Below, one piece after another: positions 1 through 11,666 of a stretch of DNA of 64,000 bases. The DNA comes from Torpedo marmorata (Eukaryota). Below the pieces are notes generated by a model. The model saw only the letters and a list, made by a program, of their open reading frames with translations, searched no databases and was not told where the DNA came from. The DNA is taken from contig OZ360231.1 in assembly GCA_977017645.1 (NCBI GenBank), forward strand, positions 36,580,001 through 36,644,000, given 5' to 3'. Position numbers and translations under genes: made by a program. The first letter of the stretch is position 1. Each line of letters begins with the position of its first letter.

Positions 1-20
1 AAAAACGAATGGGGTTTGTA

Positions 21-100
21 TATTAATTGGTGTATTTGGGTGGCACAGACTCGTGGGCTGGCAAGGCCTGTTACCATGCTGTATCTCGAAAATTAAAATG
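21..100 (+). mobile_element. 3' tail fragment of tRNA-derived V-SINE (HE1-like)
   Basis: TTAATTGGTGTATTTGGGTGGCACAGACTCGTGGGC..GGCCTGTTACCATGCTGTAT matches the tails of the SINE copies at 20926-21187 and 49016-50168. Confidence 0.6.
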
Positions 101-255
101 TAAATAAAATGTACATAAGGCGAGGAAATGCTTTTGAAAGTGGTGAGTGGTTAAAATCTAGGATTGCAATATCCATCCTCACTTCCCTCAGCAATCTACG
201 ATGCACCCATCTGAACTGTATGACTTACCTGCCTTAGGTACAGCTAATCTTACTA

Positions 256-475
256 CAGTCAAACCCCCAGTATCCGGCATCTATGGGGATTGGTAGATGC
301 CAGATAAGTGAATTTTGCGGTTGCTTGAGATTGCATGTTGCATGATTGGCGAACTAACAGCGAGGCGCGCCAGTTTTAAACTTCCTTATTTTTTGCCTAT
401 TTATTTTCTGCGATTTTTTTGCCAGTTGCTTGAGGCTGCCAGTTGCTCGAATTCCGGATAACAGGGGTTTTACTG
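256..475. mobile_element. 220-bp Tigger/pogo-type MITE
   Basis: Imperfect TIRs CAGTCAAACCCCCAGTATCCGG ... CCGGATAACAGGGGTTTTACTG, flanked by TA on both sides (254-255, 476-477); no ORF. Confidence 0.85.
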
Positions 476-632
476 TACTACCTTGATATCAACTTTTAGT
501 CCAACTAGTACAGTACGTTTCCCCATATCCAAAATTCGGTTAACCGAAAAGTTAAAATTTTCTTTTCACCCAACGTGCTCATGTGGGGCTCTGACGTGCT
601 GTTAGCGCCGTTTTGAATCCAACGGAGCTCTC

Positions 633-2012
633 ATGTATTGTACAATGGCAAAAAGGTCTGCAGATAGCACTGTCGATGTCAGTGAAAAGAAAAGGAGGAA
701 GCGTTTATGTTTGTCTATAGAACGGAAAGTCAAGCTGCTGGCGAAACTGGACAGTGGTGTAAGCGTGAAACGTCTAACAGAGGAGTATGGTGTTGGAACG
801 ACCACAATCTATGACCTGAAGAAACAGGATAAACTGTTGAAGTTCTATTCTGAAAGTGATGAACAGAAGTTAATGAAAGATAGAAAAACACTGCATAAAG
901 GTAAAAGTGAAGAACTGGAGCGTGTATTGATGGTGTGGATCCGTCAGCGTCGCAGTGAACACACGCCACTTAATGGTTTGCTGATCATGAAACAAGCAAA
1001 GCTCCATCATGATGATATGAACATTGAAGGGAACTGTGAATATTCAGCAGGCTGGTTGAGTAAATTTAAAAAAAGACACTGCATTAAAATGTTAAAGATT
1101 AGTGGCGAAAAAGCATCTGCTGATCACGAAGCAGCGGAGAAATTCATTGACNNNNNNNNNNNNNNNNNNNNNNNNNNNNNNNNNNNNNNNNNNNNNNNNN
1201 NNNNNNNNNNNNNNNNNNNNNNNNNNNNNNNNNNNNNNNNNNNNNNNNNNNNNNNNNNNNNNNNNNNNNNNNNNNNNNNNNNNNNNNNNNNNNNNNNNNN
1301 NNNNNNNNNNNNNNNNNNNNNNNNNNNNNNNNNNNNNNNNNNNNNNNNNNAGCTTGCTGTGATAGGCAAAAGCTTGCGTCTTCGTTGTTTTAAAGGAGTG
1401 AATTTTTTACCAGTCCATTATTATGCAAACAGAAAGGAATGGATCACCAGGGATATCTTTTCTGATGGGTTTAACAAACATTTTGTTCCAGCGGGTCGTG
1501 CTCACTGCAGGGAAGCTGGACTGGATGACGACTGCAAGATTTTTTTATTCCTCGACAACTATTCTGCTCATCCTCCAGCTGAAAATCTCATCAAAGATAA
1601 TGTTCATGTCATGTACCTTCCCCCAAATGTGACTTCCTTAATTCAGCCATGTGACCAAGGTATCCTTAGATCAATGAAGAGTGAATATAAAAACACTTTC
1701 TTGAACAGCATGCTGGCAGCAGTAAACAGAGGTTTGGGTGTGGCAGGTTTCCAAAAGGAGTTTACCATAAAGGATGCCATTTATGCTGCTGCCAACGCTT
1801 GGAACAAAGTGACTAAAGACACAGTTGTACATACCTGGCACAATCTCTGGCCTGCAACTATGTTCATTGATGATGATGAAGAAGCTGGTGATTTTGAAGG
1901 ATTCCGTGTGTCAGGTGAGAAAAAAATGTTGTGTGAGCTCCTTACATATGCAAAAAATATACATTCAGAGTCCGTCAGTAAGCTGGAAGAGGAGGATATT
2001 GAAGGTTTTTAA
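633..2012 (+). pseudogene. Tigger/pogo (CENP-B/JRKL-like) transposase, C-terminus frameshifted (continues to about 2313)
   Basis: N-terminal HTH (KRLCLSIERKVKLL...GVGTTTIYDLKK), CENP-B-type HTH (YSAGWLSKFKKRH), DDE_1 motifs FLFLDNYSAH and LPPNVTSLIQPCDQG; spans an N gap. Confidence 0.9.
1152..1350. other. Assembly gap (199 N)
   Basis: Run of N. Confidence 1.
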
Positions 2013-2455
2013 CCGATAATGATGCTGCATTTGTTCATTCACTGACCGATGGTGAAATAGCTGAAATTGTTCTGCGTCAAATTGAGCACGATGAAGAGGA
2101 CTTAGTTGACACTGCAGAAAAAGTGCCTATAGACAACATTGTGAACATGTGTGATGGACTTATTAATGCACTAGAGCAGCGTGCATTCATAACAGAACAA
2201 GAAATCACGTCAGTGTATAAAATCAAAGAGAGACTGCTAAGACAAAACCATTGTTAATGAGGCAGATGACACTGGAGGAAACATTTGAAAAAGCCATCAA
2301 GGAGAATTTCTAGTGTTTGTTGCTGCATTTATCTTATTTTGTAAGCAGAGATCACGTTGTTTTTAGGTAAGAATTAAACATTATTTCATGCTCGAAAAGC
2401 CTTCCGTTGTTTTTTGTAGTTGTTTAACCGCCGATACAAGTATTCTGCTGATGCC

Positions 2456-2519
2456 CAGGGCCGGCGCTACCATTAGGCCAACTAGGCAGCCGCCTAGGGC
2501 ACAGACCTCAGAGGGGCGC
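2456..2519 (+). mobile_element. Left-end fragment of a hAT (Tip100-like) element
   Basis: Begins CAGGGCCGGCGCTA with internal TAGGC/GCCTAGGGC repeats typical of hAT-Tip100 ends; no partner end found. Confidence 0.55.
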
Positions 2520-2899
2520 TGTTGAAGAGAGATTCCAACAGCTTCAGCACCTCTGCGTCATGAATGACGTGGTTCTGACTAATGCGCTATAAGCACGCGC
2601 GTTAGTCTGGTAAGGCGGAGCTGGCCGATACACTGGAAGCTGCATTGCAGAACTCCGACGCTATCCAGGCACGCGATCTCCCGACGGCTCCGTGGATACC
2701 GCAGACCCCCACACCACGCCGGTGAATCGACCACAGCTGCCGTCAGCCGCGAGTCTGAGAAATGCTATTTCTGCGGACTCGAAAAGCACCCCCGGAAACG
2801 TTGCCCGGCCCGAGAAGCGACCTGCTCCAGCTGCGGGAAGAAAGGCCATTTCGCCAAGGTCTGTAAGTCTAAACCGCGAGTGGGATCGAGCAGCGCCAC

Positions 2900-4197
2900 G
2901 TGCGAGGCATGGGGGTCGCCATTGTTGCCATCGCCATCTTGCCCATCCGCCACCACCATGTGCGAGACATGGGGGCAGCCATCTTGTGTGTCGTCACTTC
3001 CGTCGCTGCCATCTTACTTACCCGCGGCCAACACATGCGAGTCATGGGAGCGGCCATTTTGTTCAACGCCATTGTGCCGACACAGGGTGCCGCCATCCCG
3101 GAATACCTGGCACTCCATCGCGTCGGATCAAGACAGCCACCCACGGGTGCCGCCATCCTGGAACACCCGGCACTCCATCGCGTCGGATCAAGAGAGCGAC
3201 TCAACTTTGGCATCCGTTACACTCGACCAGAGTGCACCCCACCAACTCACAAGGTCTATGATGGACGTTCTGGTGGGGGACTCAGGACAAACTGCCTGTT
3301 CGACACAGGCAGCACGGAGAGCTTCATCCACCCAGAAACGGTGCAGCGATGCGGCCTCACGAGACAGCCGGTAAGCCAGAGGGTCGCCATGGCTTCCGGG
3401 GCGCACACAACAGACATCCGGGGGGGTTGTGTAGCAACGCTAGTGGTGCAGGAAACTGAATATCGGGACTTTACACTATTGGTCATGCCCCGACTGTGTG
3501 CCCCTGTACTACTGGGGCTCGACTTCCAGAGTCAACTTCAAAGTGTGATGATGGAGTATGACGGGCCCCTTCCACCAATTACTGTCGGTAACCATCAATT
3601 TCTCAAACACGGCAGATGTATTTCGCCACACCACACGCGCAGCCGCATCACAGACACTACTTGCGGCCTATCCACCCTCAAGATCCCGCCCCCAATGCTG
3701 TTCGCCAATCTGACCCCTGATTGTAAACCTGTGGCAACCAAAAGCAGGAGATACTGTTCAGGGGACAGGGCCTTCATTAAGTTGGAGGTGCAGCGGTCGC
3801 TTGGGGAAGGGATCATTGAGGCGAGCACAAGTCCCTGGAGGGCCCAGGTGCTTGTCGTCAAGAACGGGGAGAAAAATAGGATGGTGGTAGATTATAGTCA
3901 AACCGTCAATAGGTTCACACAGCTTGACGCATACCCTCTACCACGCATTGCAGATATGGTGAATCAGATAGCTCAGTACAAGCTATACTCCACCATAGAC
4001 CTCAAATCCGCCTACCATCAGCTCCCCATCCGCCAGGAGGACCGCCCCTACACCGCCTTCGAGGCGGATGGCAGGCTCTGTCACTTCCTGCGCGTCCCCT
4101 TCGGGGTCACAAATGGGGTATCCGTCTTCCAGAGGGAGATGGACAGGATGGTGGACCAGTGCCAATTAAAGGCCACATTCCCATACCTGGAAAACAT
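2900..4197 (+). pseudogene. Gypsy A gag-linker/protease/RT N-terminal part
   Basis: CLFDTGSTESF (aspartic protease), SPWRAQV, RMVVDYSQT, IDLKSAYHQ, VPFGVTNG; the YLDD motif reads YLEN and is then truncated by a LINE. Confidence 0.92.
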
Positions 4198-4998
4198 TAC
4201 AGGAGGGAGATAGATCAGCTCGTTGAATGGTGTAACGACAACAACCTTGAGCTCAACGTCAGCAAAACCAAGGAGATGATTGTGGACTTCAGGAGGAAGT
4301 CAGAGGAACACGACCCAGTCCTCATCGAGGGCTCAGTAGTGGAGAGGGTCAAGAACTTCAAATTCCTGGGTGTCAACATCTCCGAGGATCTGTCCTGGAG
4401 CCTCCACGTTGATGCAATCACAAAGAAGGCTCATCAGCGGCTATACTTTGTGAGGTGTCTGAGGAGATTCGGTATGTCACCGAAGACTCTCGTAAACTTC
4501 TACAGGTGTACCGTGGAGAGCATTCTGGCTGGTTGCATCACTGCCAGGTATGGAGACGCCAACTCTCAGGACAAGAGTAAACTCCAGAGGGTTGTTAACT
4601 CGGCCTGTGATATCACAGGCACCAAACTTCACTCCATCGAGGACATCTACATGAGGCGGTGTCTTAAAAAAGCAGCCTCTATCCTCAAAGACCCCCACCA
4701 CCCAGGCCATGCCTTCTTCACTCTGCTACCATCGGGAAAAAGGTACAGGAGCCTAAAGATGAGCACTCAACGGCACAAGGACAGCTTCTTCCCCGCTGCC
4801 ATCAGATTCCTGAATAACCAATGAACCAAAGACACTGCCTTACTTTTTGTGCACAATTATTTATAATTTTTTAATAGTAATGTCGTAAGATGGTTATAAT
4901 ATGAATGTTAATTGCACTATGATGCTGCTGCAAAACACCGAATTTCATGACTTGTTCATGACAATAAATTCTGATTCTGATTCTGGTTCTGATTCTGA
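4198..4998 (+). mobile_element. Rex1/Babar LINE 3' fragment
   Basis: RT C-terminus ([23 protein letters not shown]...SFFPAAIRFLN), AATAAA and (TTCTGA)n tail; nearly identical to 42575-43363. Confidence 0.92.
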
Positions 4999-5850
4999 TA
5001 AAAGCAACCCGCCTACTTGAGCGACTGAGCGTCAACTTTAAGGGCCCCCTCCCCTCCACCGACCACAATGTGTACTTTCTCAACGTCATTGACGAGTACC
5101 TGCGGTTCCCTTTCGCCATTCCCTGCCCCAATACCACGACCACTTCGGTCATAAAAGCCCTCCGCAAACTCTTCACATTGTTTGGATACCCCTGCTATAT
5201 CCATAGTGACAAAGGGTCCTCGTTTATGAGTGACGAGCTTTGCCAATAACTGCTGGCGAGGGGTATTGTGACTAGCAGGACCATGAGCTATAACCCCCAG
5301 GGGAATGGACAAGTGGAGAGAGAGAACGCCACGGTCTGTAAGGCCACACTCTTTGCGCTCAGGTCTAAGGGATTACCAGTCTCCCACTGGCAAGAAGTCC
5401 TTCCCGAGGCACTCCACTCCATCTGCTCCCTGCTATGCACATCCACCAATGCCACCCCTCATGAGAGACTCTTTTCCTTCCCCAGGAAGTTGGTCACCGG
5501 GACTACCCTACCAGCATGGCTGACGTCGTCAGGGTCAGTGCTGCTCCGGAAACATGTCAGGAGCAATACATGCGAACCCCCAATACGCCTACGTGGTTTT
5601 TCCTAATTGGCAGGAAGACACAGTCTCCATCCGGGACTTGGCACCCGCAGGAGCACTGGTGCCCTTCAAAACAGCACTAAACGAGATCCCCCGTACTGGC
5701 ATACACACACAAGGTTTTGCTGACGCCAGACGTGCTGGTACCTCCAATCAGACAGGAGGCAGCACCGCCGCCTGCCCCATCACCACAAGTACTGCGCCGA
5801 TCACAGCGGCGGACTCGACCGCCTTATCGACTCGACTTGTAAATATATTA
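4999..5850 (+). pseudogene. Gypsy A integrase core (disrupted)
   Basis: IKATR..ERLSVNFKGPLPS, IHSDKGSSF, YNPQGNGQVERENAT; stops and frameshifts; homologous to 62820-63800. Confidence 0.88.
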
Positions 5851-5920
5851 ATTTGTAATTTCTTTTATAAATATTGTTACACCCTTCACCCTGTGGGACT
5901 CTTTTAAAAGGAGGGGTGAA

Positions 5921-6154
5921 TGTGGTAAACCACTATGTACAGGTTGTGGCTGTGTGATACGTCTGGATATGCCCTCTGCTGACTGTCCCGGTGGCTCCTT
6001 CCACAGACCCCCTGAATCAAGGCCATTGTGCCACCGCTCCTCCCCCAGTCCAGGACAGATTACCAGCATGGATATGACTCCATTCTTTTGCCAATAAAAG
6101 CCTTTCAGTTCCAGTACAACTTCTAGTCTTTTGAAGTTATTGATGGGCTCATCA
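5921..6154 (+). repeat. 3' LTR of Gypsy A
   Basis: TGTGGTAAACCAC...ATTGATGGGCTCATCA after the PPT; AATAAAAGCC signal; same termini as the LTRs at 59402 and 52374-52639. Confidence 0.9.
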
Positions 6155-6775
6155 CTCAGCAACTTATTCTACTCTTACCACAGAGCAAGCTGCTGATTAT
6201 GAAACAGTGAAAAAGGCTACACTCCAGGCTTATGAGTTAGTTCCAGAGGCTTATAGACAGAAGTTTAGAAATTTAAAAAGATCAGCTACCCAATCTTACA
6301 CAGAGTTTGCCTATGAAAAGGTTGTGTGTTTTGACTGGTGGTGCACATCTAAGGCAGTAAATAATGATTACAATCAATTGAGAGAATTGATAATAATTGA
6401 GGAGATAAAAAGGTGTGTTCCTGAGGTGAAAACTTGGCAAAATTCACTAAGTTAGCAGATGAATATGCTTTAACCCACAAGCCTAAGTGGATTTTCCAAA
6501 AAGTTACTGTGGATAATCCCAAGCAAGTGGAAAGTAAATTTGGAAGTGGTGTTAAGGGAAGAGAGGAAGGGAAGTGGAAAAAGGAAAACCCTTCAGGTCC
6601 CATTTGCCAATACTGTAGGAAGGCTGGTCATATGCTAGCAAGTTGTCCAGTGTTGAAAAAGAAGAGAGAAAAGGATGAACACCAAATGCTTGTACTCAGA
6701 GTGAGAAGAGGCATAACACCCAGGAAGGAGACAAATTTACTGACAAAGTTAGGGATGTATTTAAACCTTTTGTGA
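6155..6775 (+). pseudogene. Gmr1-like gag remnant (SCAN-like capsid C-terminus plus CCHC knuckle)
   Basis: YELVPEAYRQKFRNLK..FDWW..QLRELIIIEEIKRCVP and CQYCRKAGHMLASC; frameshifted. Confidence 0.8.
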
Positions 6776-8657
6776 CTGATGTTTTTGTTTCAGTTAAGGC
6801 AGGATCAAAACAAGTTCCAGTGAAAATCTTGCGAGATACTGGAGCTGCTCAGTCACTTGTCTTGGAATTTTGTGAAGCCACTGACACCGGTGAAATGAGT
6901 TTAATTAAAGGAATTGGGGGTGATGTTGAGTCCATTCCTTTGCACAAAATAGTGTTGAACGCAGCTTTGGTGGAAGGACCTGTTATAATAGGAGTGAGAT
7001 CAGAGTTGCCAGTAGAAGGAGTCTCACTGTTGCTAGGCAATGACTTGGCTGAGGGTAAAGTAGTTCCTGCAGTACGAATGACCACTAAGCCAGTCATTGA
7101 TAAGTCAGAGAAGGACTCTAGAATTTATCCGGCATGTGCCATAACCAGGGCCATGTCAAAGAAAAATGTCACTGTCAAGAAAGCAGTGGAAAATAAATTG
7201 GTGAAAGAAAAAGTCGGTGATAATCAAAAACACCTGGAAAAGGTTGTGCAATCTCCAGTGTTACACCCATACACTGATAAGACACCTAAAGGCACAGATT
7301 TGTCACTATGCCGACAGGAGCTAATAGCAAGGCAAAAGGAGGATCCTGATCTTGCTGAGGTGAGGGATAAGGTTCTCTCTGAAGAGGAGATTAAGAAGGT
7401 GCCAGTGGGTTATTATGAACAAGATGGGGTGTTGATGAGAAAGTGGAGACCATGTGATGATCCTGCCAGTGACGAATGGGCAGTAGTGCAGCAAGTTGTG
7501 ATCCCTAAAGTATATAGGGACGAAATAATAACTTTGGCTCATAGCATACCCTTAGGTGGTCATCTTGGGGTGAAGAAAACTATACAGAAGATAATGAAAC
7601 AATTTTATTGGCCCAGTTTGAGAAGGGAGGTTGTAAGCTTTTGCCGGGCCTGTCACACTTGTCAGGTGGTGGGTAAACCTAATCAGGGTCCCCCGGTGGC
7701 ACCCTTGCAACCTATCCCTGCTTTCAGTGAGCCTTTCTCGAGAGTGATTGTGGAATGTGTAGGCCCATTCCCCAAAACCAAAGCAGAGAATGAGTATTTG
7801 TTAACAATTATGTGTGCAGCCACCAGATTTCCAGAGGCCATTCCTCTGAGAAAAATTAAAGCAAAGGCAATTATAAAGGCCATGATAAAGTTTTTCACCT
7901 TGGTAGGTTTGCCAAGGGAAATTCAATCAGATCAGAGTAGTAATTTCATGTCAGGCGTATTCCAACAAGTGTTTGATAGACTGGGAGTTAAACAGATTTT
8001 ATCCTCTGCGTACCATAAAGAAAATCAAGAGGCCTTGGAGAGGTTCCATTCGACTTTGTAAAACATGTTAGATCGTATTGTTGTGAGAAGGAACAGGATT
8101 GGGATGAGGGGGTTCATTTGTTGTTATTTGCAGCGAGGGAGTCTGACCAAGAATCACTTGGTTTTAGTCCATTCGAGTTAGTTTTCGGACATGAGGTGAG
8201 AGGTCCTTTAAGGTTATTAAAAGAACAGTAGATTAATAGTGATGTGCATTTAAATCTGTTAGATTATGTTTCTAAATTTAAGGATCAGTTGCATAAAGCT
8301 TGTGAGATGGCAAAAGAGATTTTAAAGGCCGCTCAACAGAGAATGAACGTTTGGTATGATCGAAAGGCGAAGATGAGAACTTTTAAACCTGGTGAGAACA
8401 TATTAGTTCTGTTTCCCACACATTCAAATCTTCTTAGGGCTAGATTTTCAGGACCCTATAGAGTTAAGTCAAAAATTAATGAGGTCACCTATGTCATAGA
8501 AACACCTAATCGCAGATATGAGACACAGGTCTGTCATGTGAATATGATTAAGCCATATTTTGAACAGGTGCCAAACAAAGAGACTGAAAATTTACCAGAG
8601 GTGTTGGGTATCGACCAGGGTAAGGAGGAGACAGATAAAACCAGTTTCAGAGAGGGT
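6772..8657 (+). pseudogene. Gmr1-like protease and integrase
   Basis: ILRDTGAAQSL protease; HSIPLGGHLG..CRACHTC zinc finger; IQSDQSSNF and SSAYH..LERFHSTL core; FSGPYRV (GPY/F). Confidence 0.9.
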
Positions 8658-8675
8658 CATATAACCATATAACAT

Positions 8676-11604
8676 TTACAGCACAGAAACAGGCCAGTTC
8701 GGCCGTTCTAGTCCATGCCGAACACATTCTCCCACGTAGTCCCACTGACCCGCACCTGGCCCATAACCCTCCACACCTCTCTCGTCCATATACCTTACCA
8801 ACTTTTCCTTAAACATTAAAATTGAACCTGCATCTACCACTTCGGCCGGAAGCTCGTTCCACCCTCCCACCACCTTCTGAGTGAAGAAATTCCCCCTCAT
8901 GTTTCCTCTAAACTTTTCCCCCTTCAATCTCAATCCATGTCCTCTTGTTTGAATCTTCCCCACTCTCAATGGAAAAAGCCTGTCCACATTGACTCTATTT
9001 TTCCCCTTCATAATTTTAAATACGTCTATCAAATCACCCCTCAACCTTCTACGCTCCAGGGAATAAAGTCCCAGCCTGTTCAACCTTTCCCTGTAACTCA
9101 AACCCAGAAACCCAGGCAATGTTCTTGTAAATCTCCTCTGCACTCTCTCTATTCTGTTTATATCCTTCCTGTAAATCGGCGACCAAAACTGCACACAATA
9201 TTCCAAATTTGGCCTCACCAATGCCTTATACAACTTCAACATGACATCCCAACTCCTATATTCAATACTCTGATTTATGAAGGCCAACATACCAAATGCT
9301 TTCTTCACCACCCTATCTACGTGTGACTCAACTTTCAGGGAATTATGTACCAGAATTCCTAAATCCCTCTGTTCTACTGCATTTCTCAATTGTCTTCCAT
9401 TTAACATGTATGACCTTTGCTGATTAATCCTACCAAAATGTAGCACCTCAAATTTATCACTATTAAACTCCATCTGCCATGTTTCCGCCCACTCTTCTAA
9501 CTGTCCTATATCCCCCTATAATTTTTGATATCCCTCTTCACTGTCCACTACACCACCAATCTTCGTATCATCTGCATACTTACTAATCCAATTTACCACC
9601 CTATCATCTAGATTATTAATATATATGACAAACATCAATGGACCCAGTTCCGATCCCTGAGGCACTCCACTAGTCACCGGCCTTCAATTTGACAAACAAT
9701 TTTCCACCACTACTCTCTGGCATCTCCTATCTAACCATTGTTTAATCCATTTCACTACTTCATCGTTAATACCTAATGCTTGAACCTTCCTAACGAGCCT
9801 CTTATGCGGAACCTTGTCAAATGCCTTACTAAAGTCCATATAGACAACATCCACAGCCTTCCCCTCGTCAACCCTCTTAGTAACCTCATCGAAAAACTCT
9901 ATGAGATTTGTCAAACATGATCTACCACGAACAAAACCGTGTTGACTACTCCTAATCAATGCTTGTCTTTCCAAATAACTGTATACACCATCTCTAAGAA
10001 CACTCTCCATTAATTTACCTACCACCGATGTCAGACTCACAGGCCTATAATTTCCAGGTTTACTTTTGGAGCCCTTCTTAAACAGTGGGACAACATGAGC
10101 TACCCTCCAATCCTCTGGCACCTCCCCCGTGGCCAGTGACATTTTAAATATTTCTGTCAGAGCCCCCACTATTTGTACACTAACCTCCCTCAGGGTCCTT
10201 GGGAATATCCTGTCAGGACCTGGAGATTTATCCACCTTTATACTCCTTAAAATAGCCAATACTACCTCCTCATTAATCTTTATATTATCCATGACCTCAC
10301 TGCCAGATTTCCTTACCTCACCTGGCTCAATATTCCTTTCCTTTGTAAATACTGAAGAAAAAAATTCATTTAAAATCTCCCCCATCTCCTCTGACTTCTC
10401 ACATAGCCTACCCGTCTGATCCTCAATGGGCCCAATTTTATCCCTCACTATTCTTTTGATTTTAATGTACCTGTAGAATCCCTTTGGATTTATTTTTACC
10501 TTGCCTGCCAAAGCAGCCTCATATCTCCTTTTAGCCTTTCTAATTTCTTTCTTAAGATTTTTTTTACACTCCTTTTATTCCTCAAGGACCTCATCTATTC
10601 CCTGCTGTCTATACCGGTTGTACACATCCCTCTTCCTCCGAACCAAATTCCCAATATCCTTTCAAAACCAAGGCTCCCTATATTTTCTAACTCTTCCTTT
10701 AATCCTCACAGGGACGAACCGACTCTGTACTCTCAAAATTTCCCCTTTGAATATCCTCCATTTATCTGTGACATCCTTTCCTAAAAATAAATTATCCCAA
10801 TCCACACCCTCTAAATCCTCCTCATCTCCTTGAAATTTGCCTTATTCCAATCAAGAATCTCAACCTTAGGCCCAGCCCTATCCTTCTCCATTATCAACCT
10901 AAAACTAATGGTATTATGATCACTAGACCCAAAGTGTTCCCCTACACAAACCTCTGTCACCTGACCTATCTCGTTCCCAAATAGGAGATCCAATACTGCC
11001 CCCTCTCTCGTCGGTTCTTCTATGTATTGATTTAGAAAACTTTCCTGAACACATTTGACAAACTCCAACCCATCCTGCCCTATTACAGTCAATTTGTGGA
11101 AAGTTAAAATCACCTATAATCACCACCTTATGTTTATTACACATATATTCTATCTCCTTACAAATTTCCTCCTCTAATTCCCTCTGCCCATTCGGTGGTC
11201 TATAATACACTCCCATTAGTGTTTTCATGCCTTTCCCATTCCTCAATTCCACCCAAATAGCCTCACTCGACGAGCCCTCCAATCTATCCTGCCATAGCAC
11301 CGCTGTAATGGTTCTCTAACAAGCACTGCGACCCCTCCACCTTTTATCCCCCCTGTTCTATCACGCCTAAAACAACGGAATCCAGGATATTTAGCTGCCA
11401 ATCATGCCCCTCCTGCAACCAAGTTTCACTGATGGCTACAATATCACATTTCCATGTATCAATCCATACTCTCAGCTCATCCACCTTTCTTACAATGCTC
11501 CTTGCATTGAAATATATACACTTGAGAGAATGTCCCCCACATACACTCCTTTGATTACCCTCTCCTTCATTAACTTTAACATTCTGGTTCCTCTCTTCCT
11601 TCAA
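8676..11604 (-). pseudogene. CR1 ORF2 (APE endonuclease and RT), frameshifted
   Basis: YFNARSI, ISETWL, IIGDFN, SSDHN, KSPGPD, NYRPVSLTS, MDFSKAFDKV, EYCVQFWSP. Confidence 0.92.
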
Positions 11605-11666
11605 ATCTAGGTGTTCTTCTACCCTACTCTCCGCATTCTCATTCTGATTCCCACCCCCCTGCCAAA

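Larger units (their letters stand above)
2614..6154 (+). mobile_element. Ty3/Gypsy (Mag-like) element A, 5'-deleted, with PPT and 3' LTR
   Basis: Colinear with the element at 59402-64000: gag remnant (ELADTLEAALQNSDAIQA), PR, RT start, IN, PPT AAAAGGAGGGGTGAA (5906-5920), LTR 5921-6154. Confidence 0.92.

Noticed and set aside
633-2012. Domesticated JRKL/TIGD host gene
   Set aside because: It lies within TIRs with TA flanks and has a frameshifted C-terminus, so it is a transposon copy.
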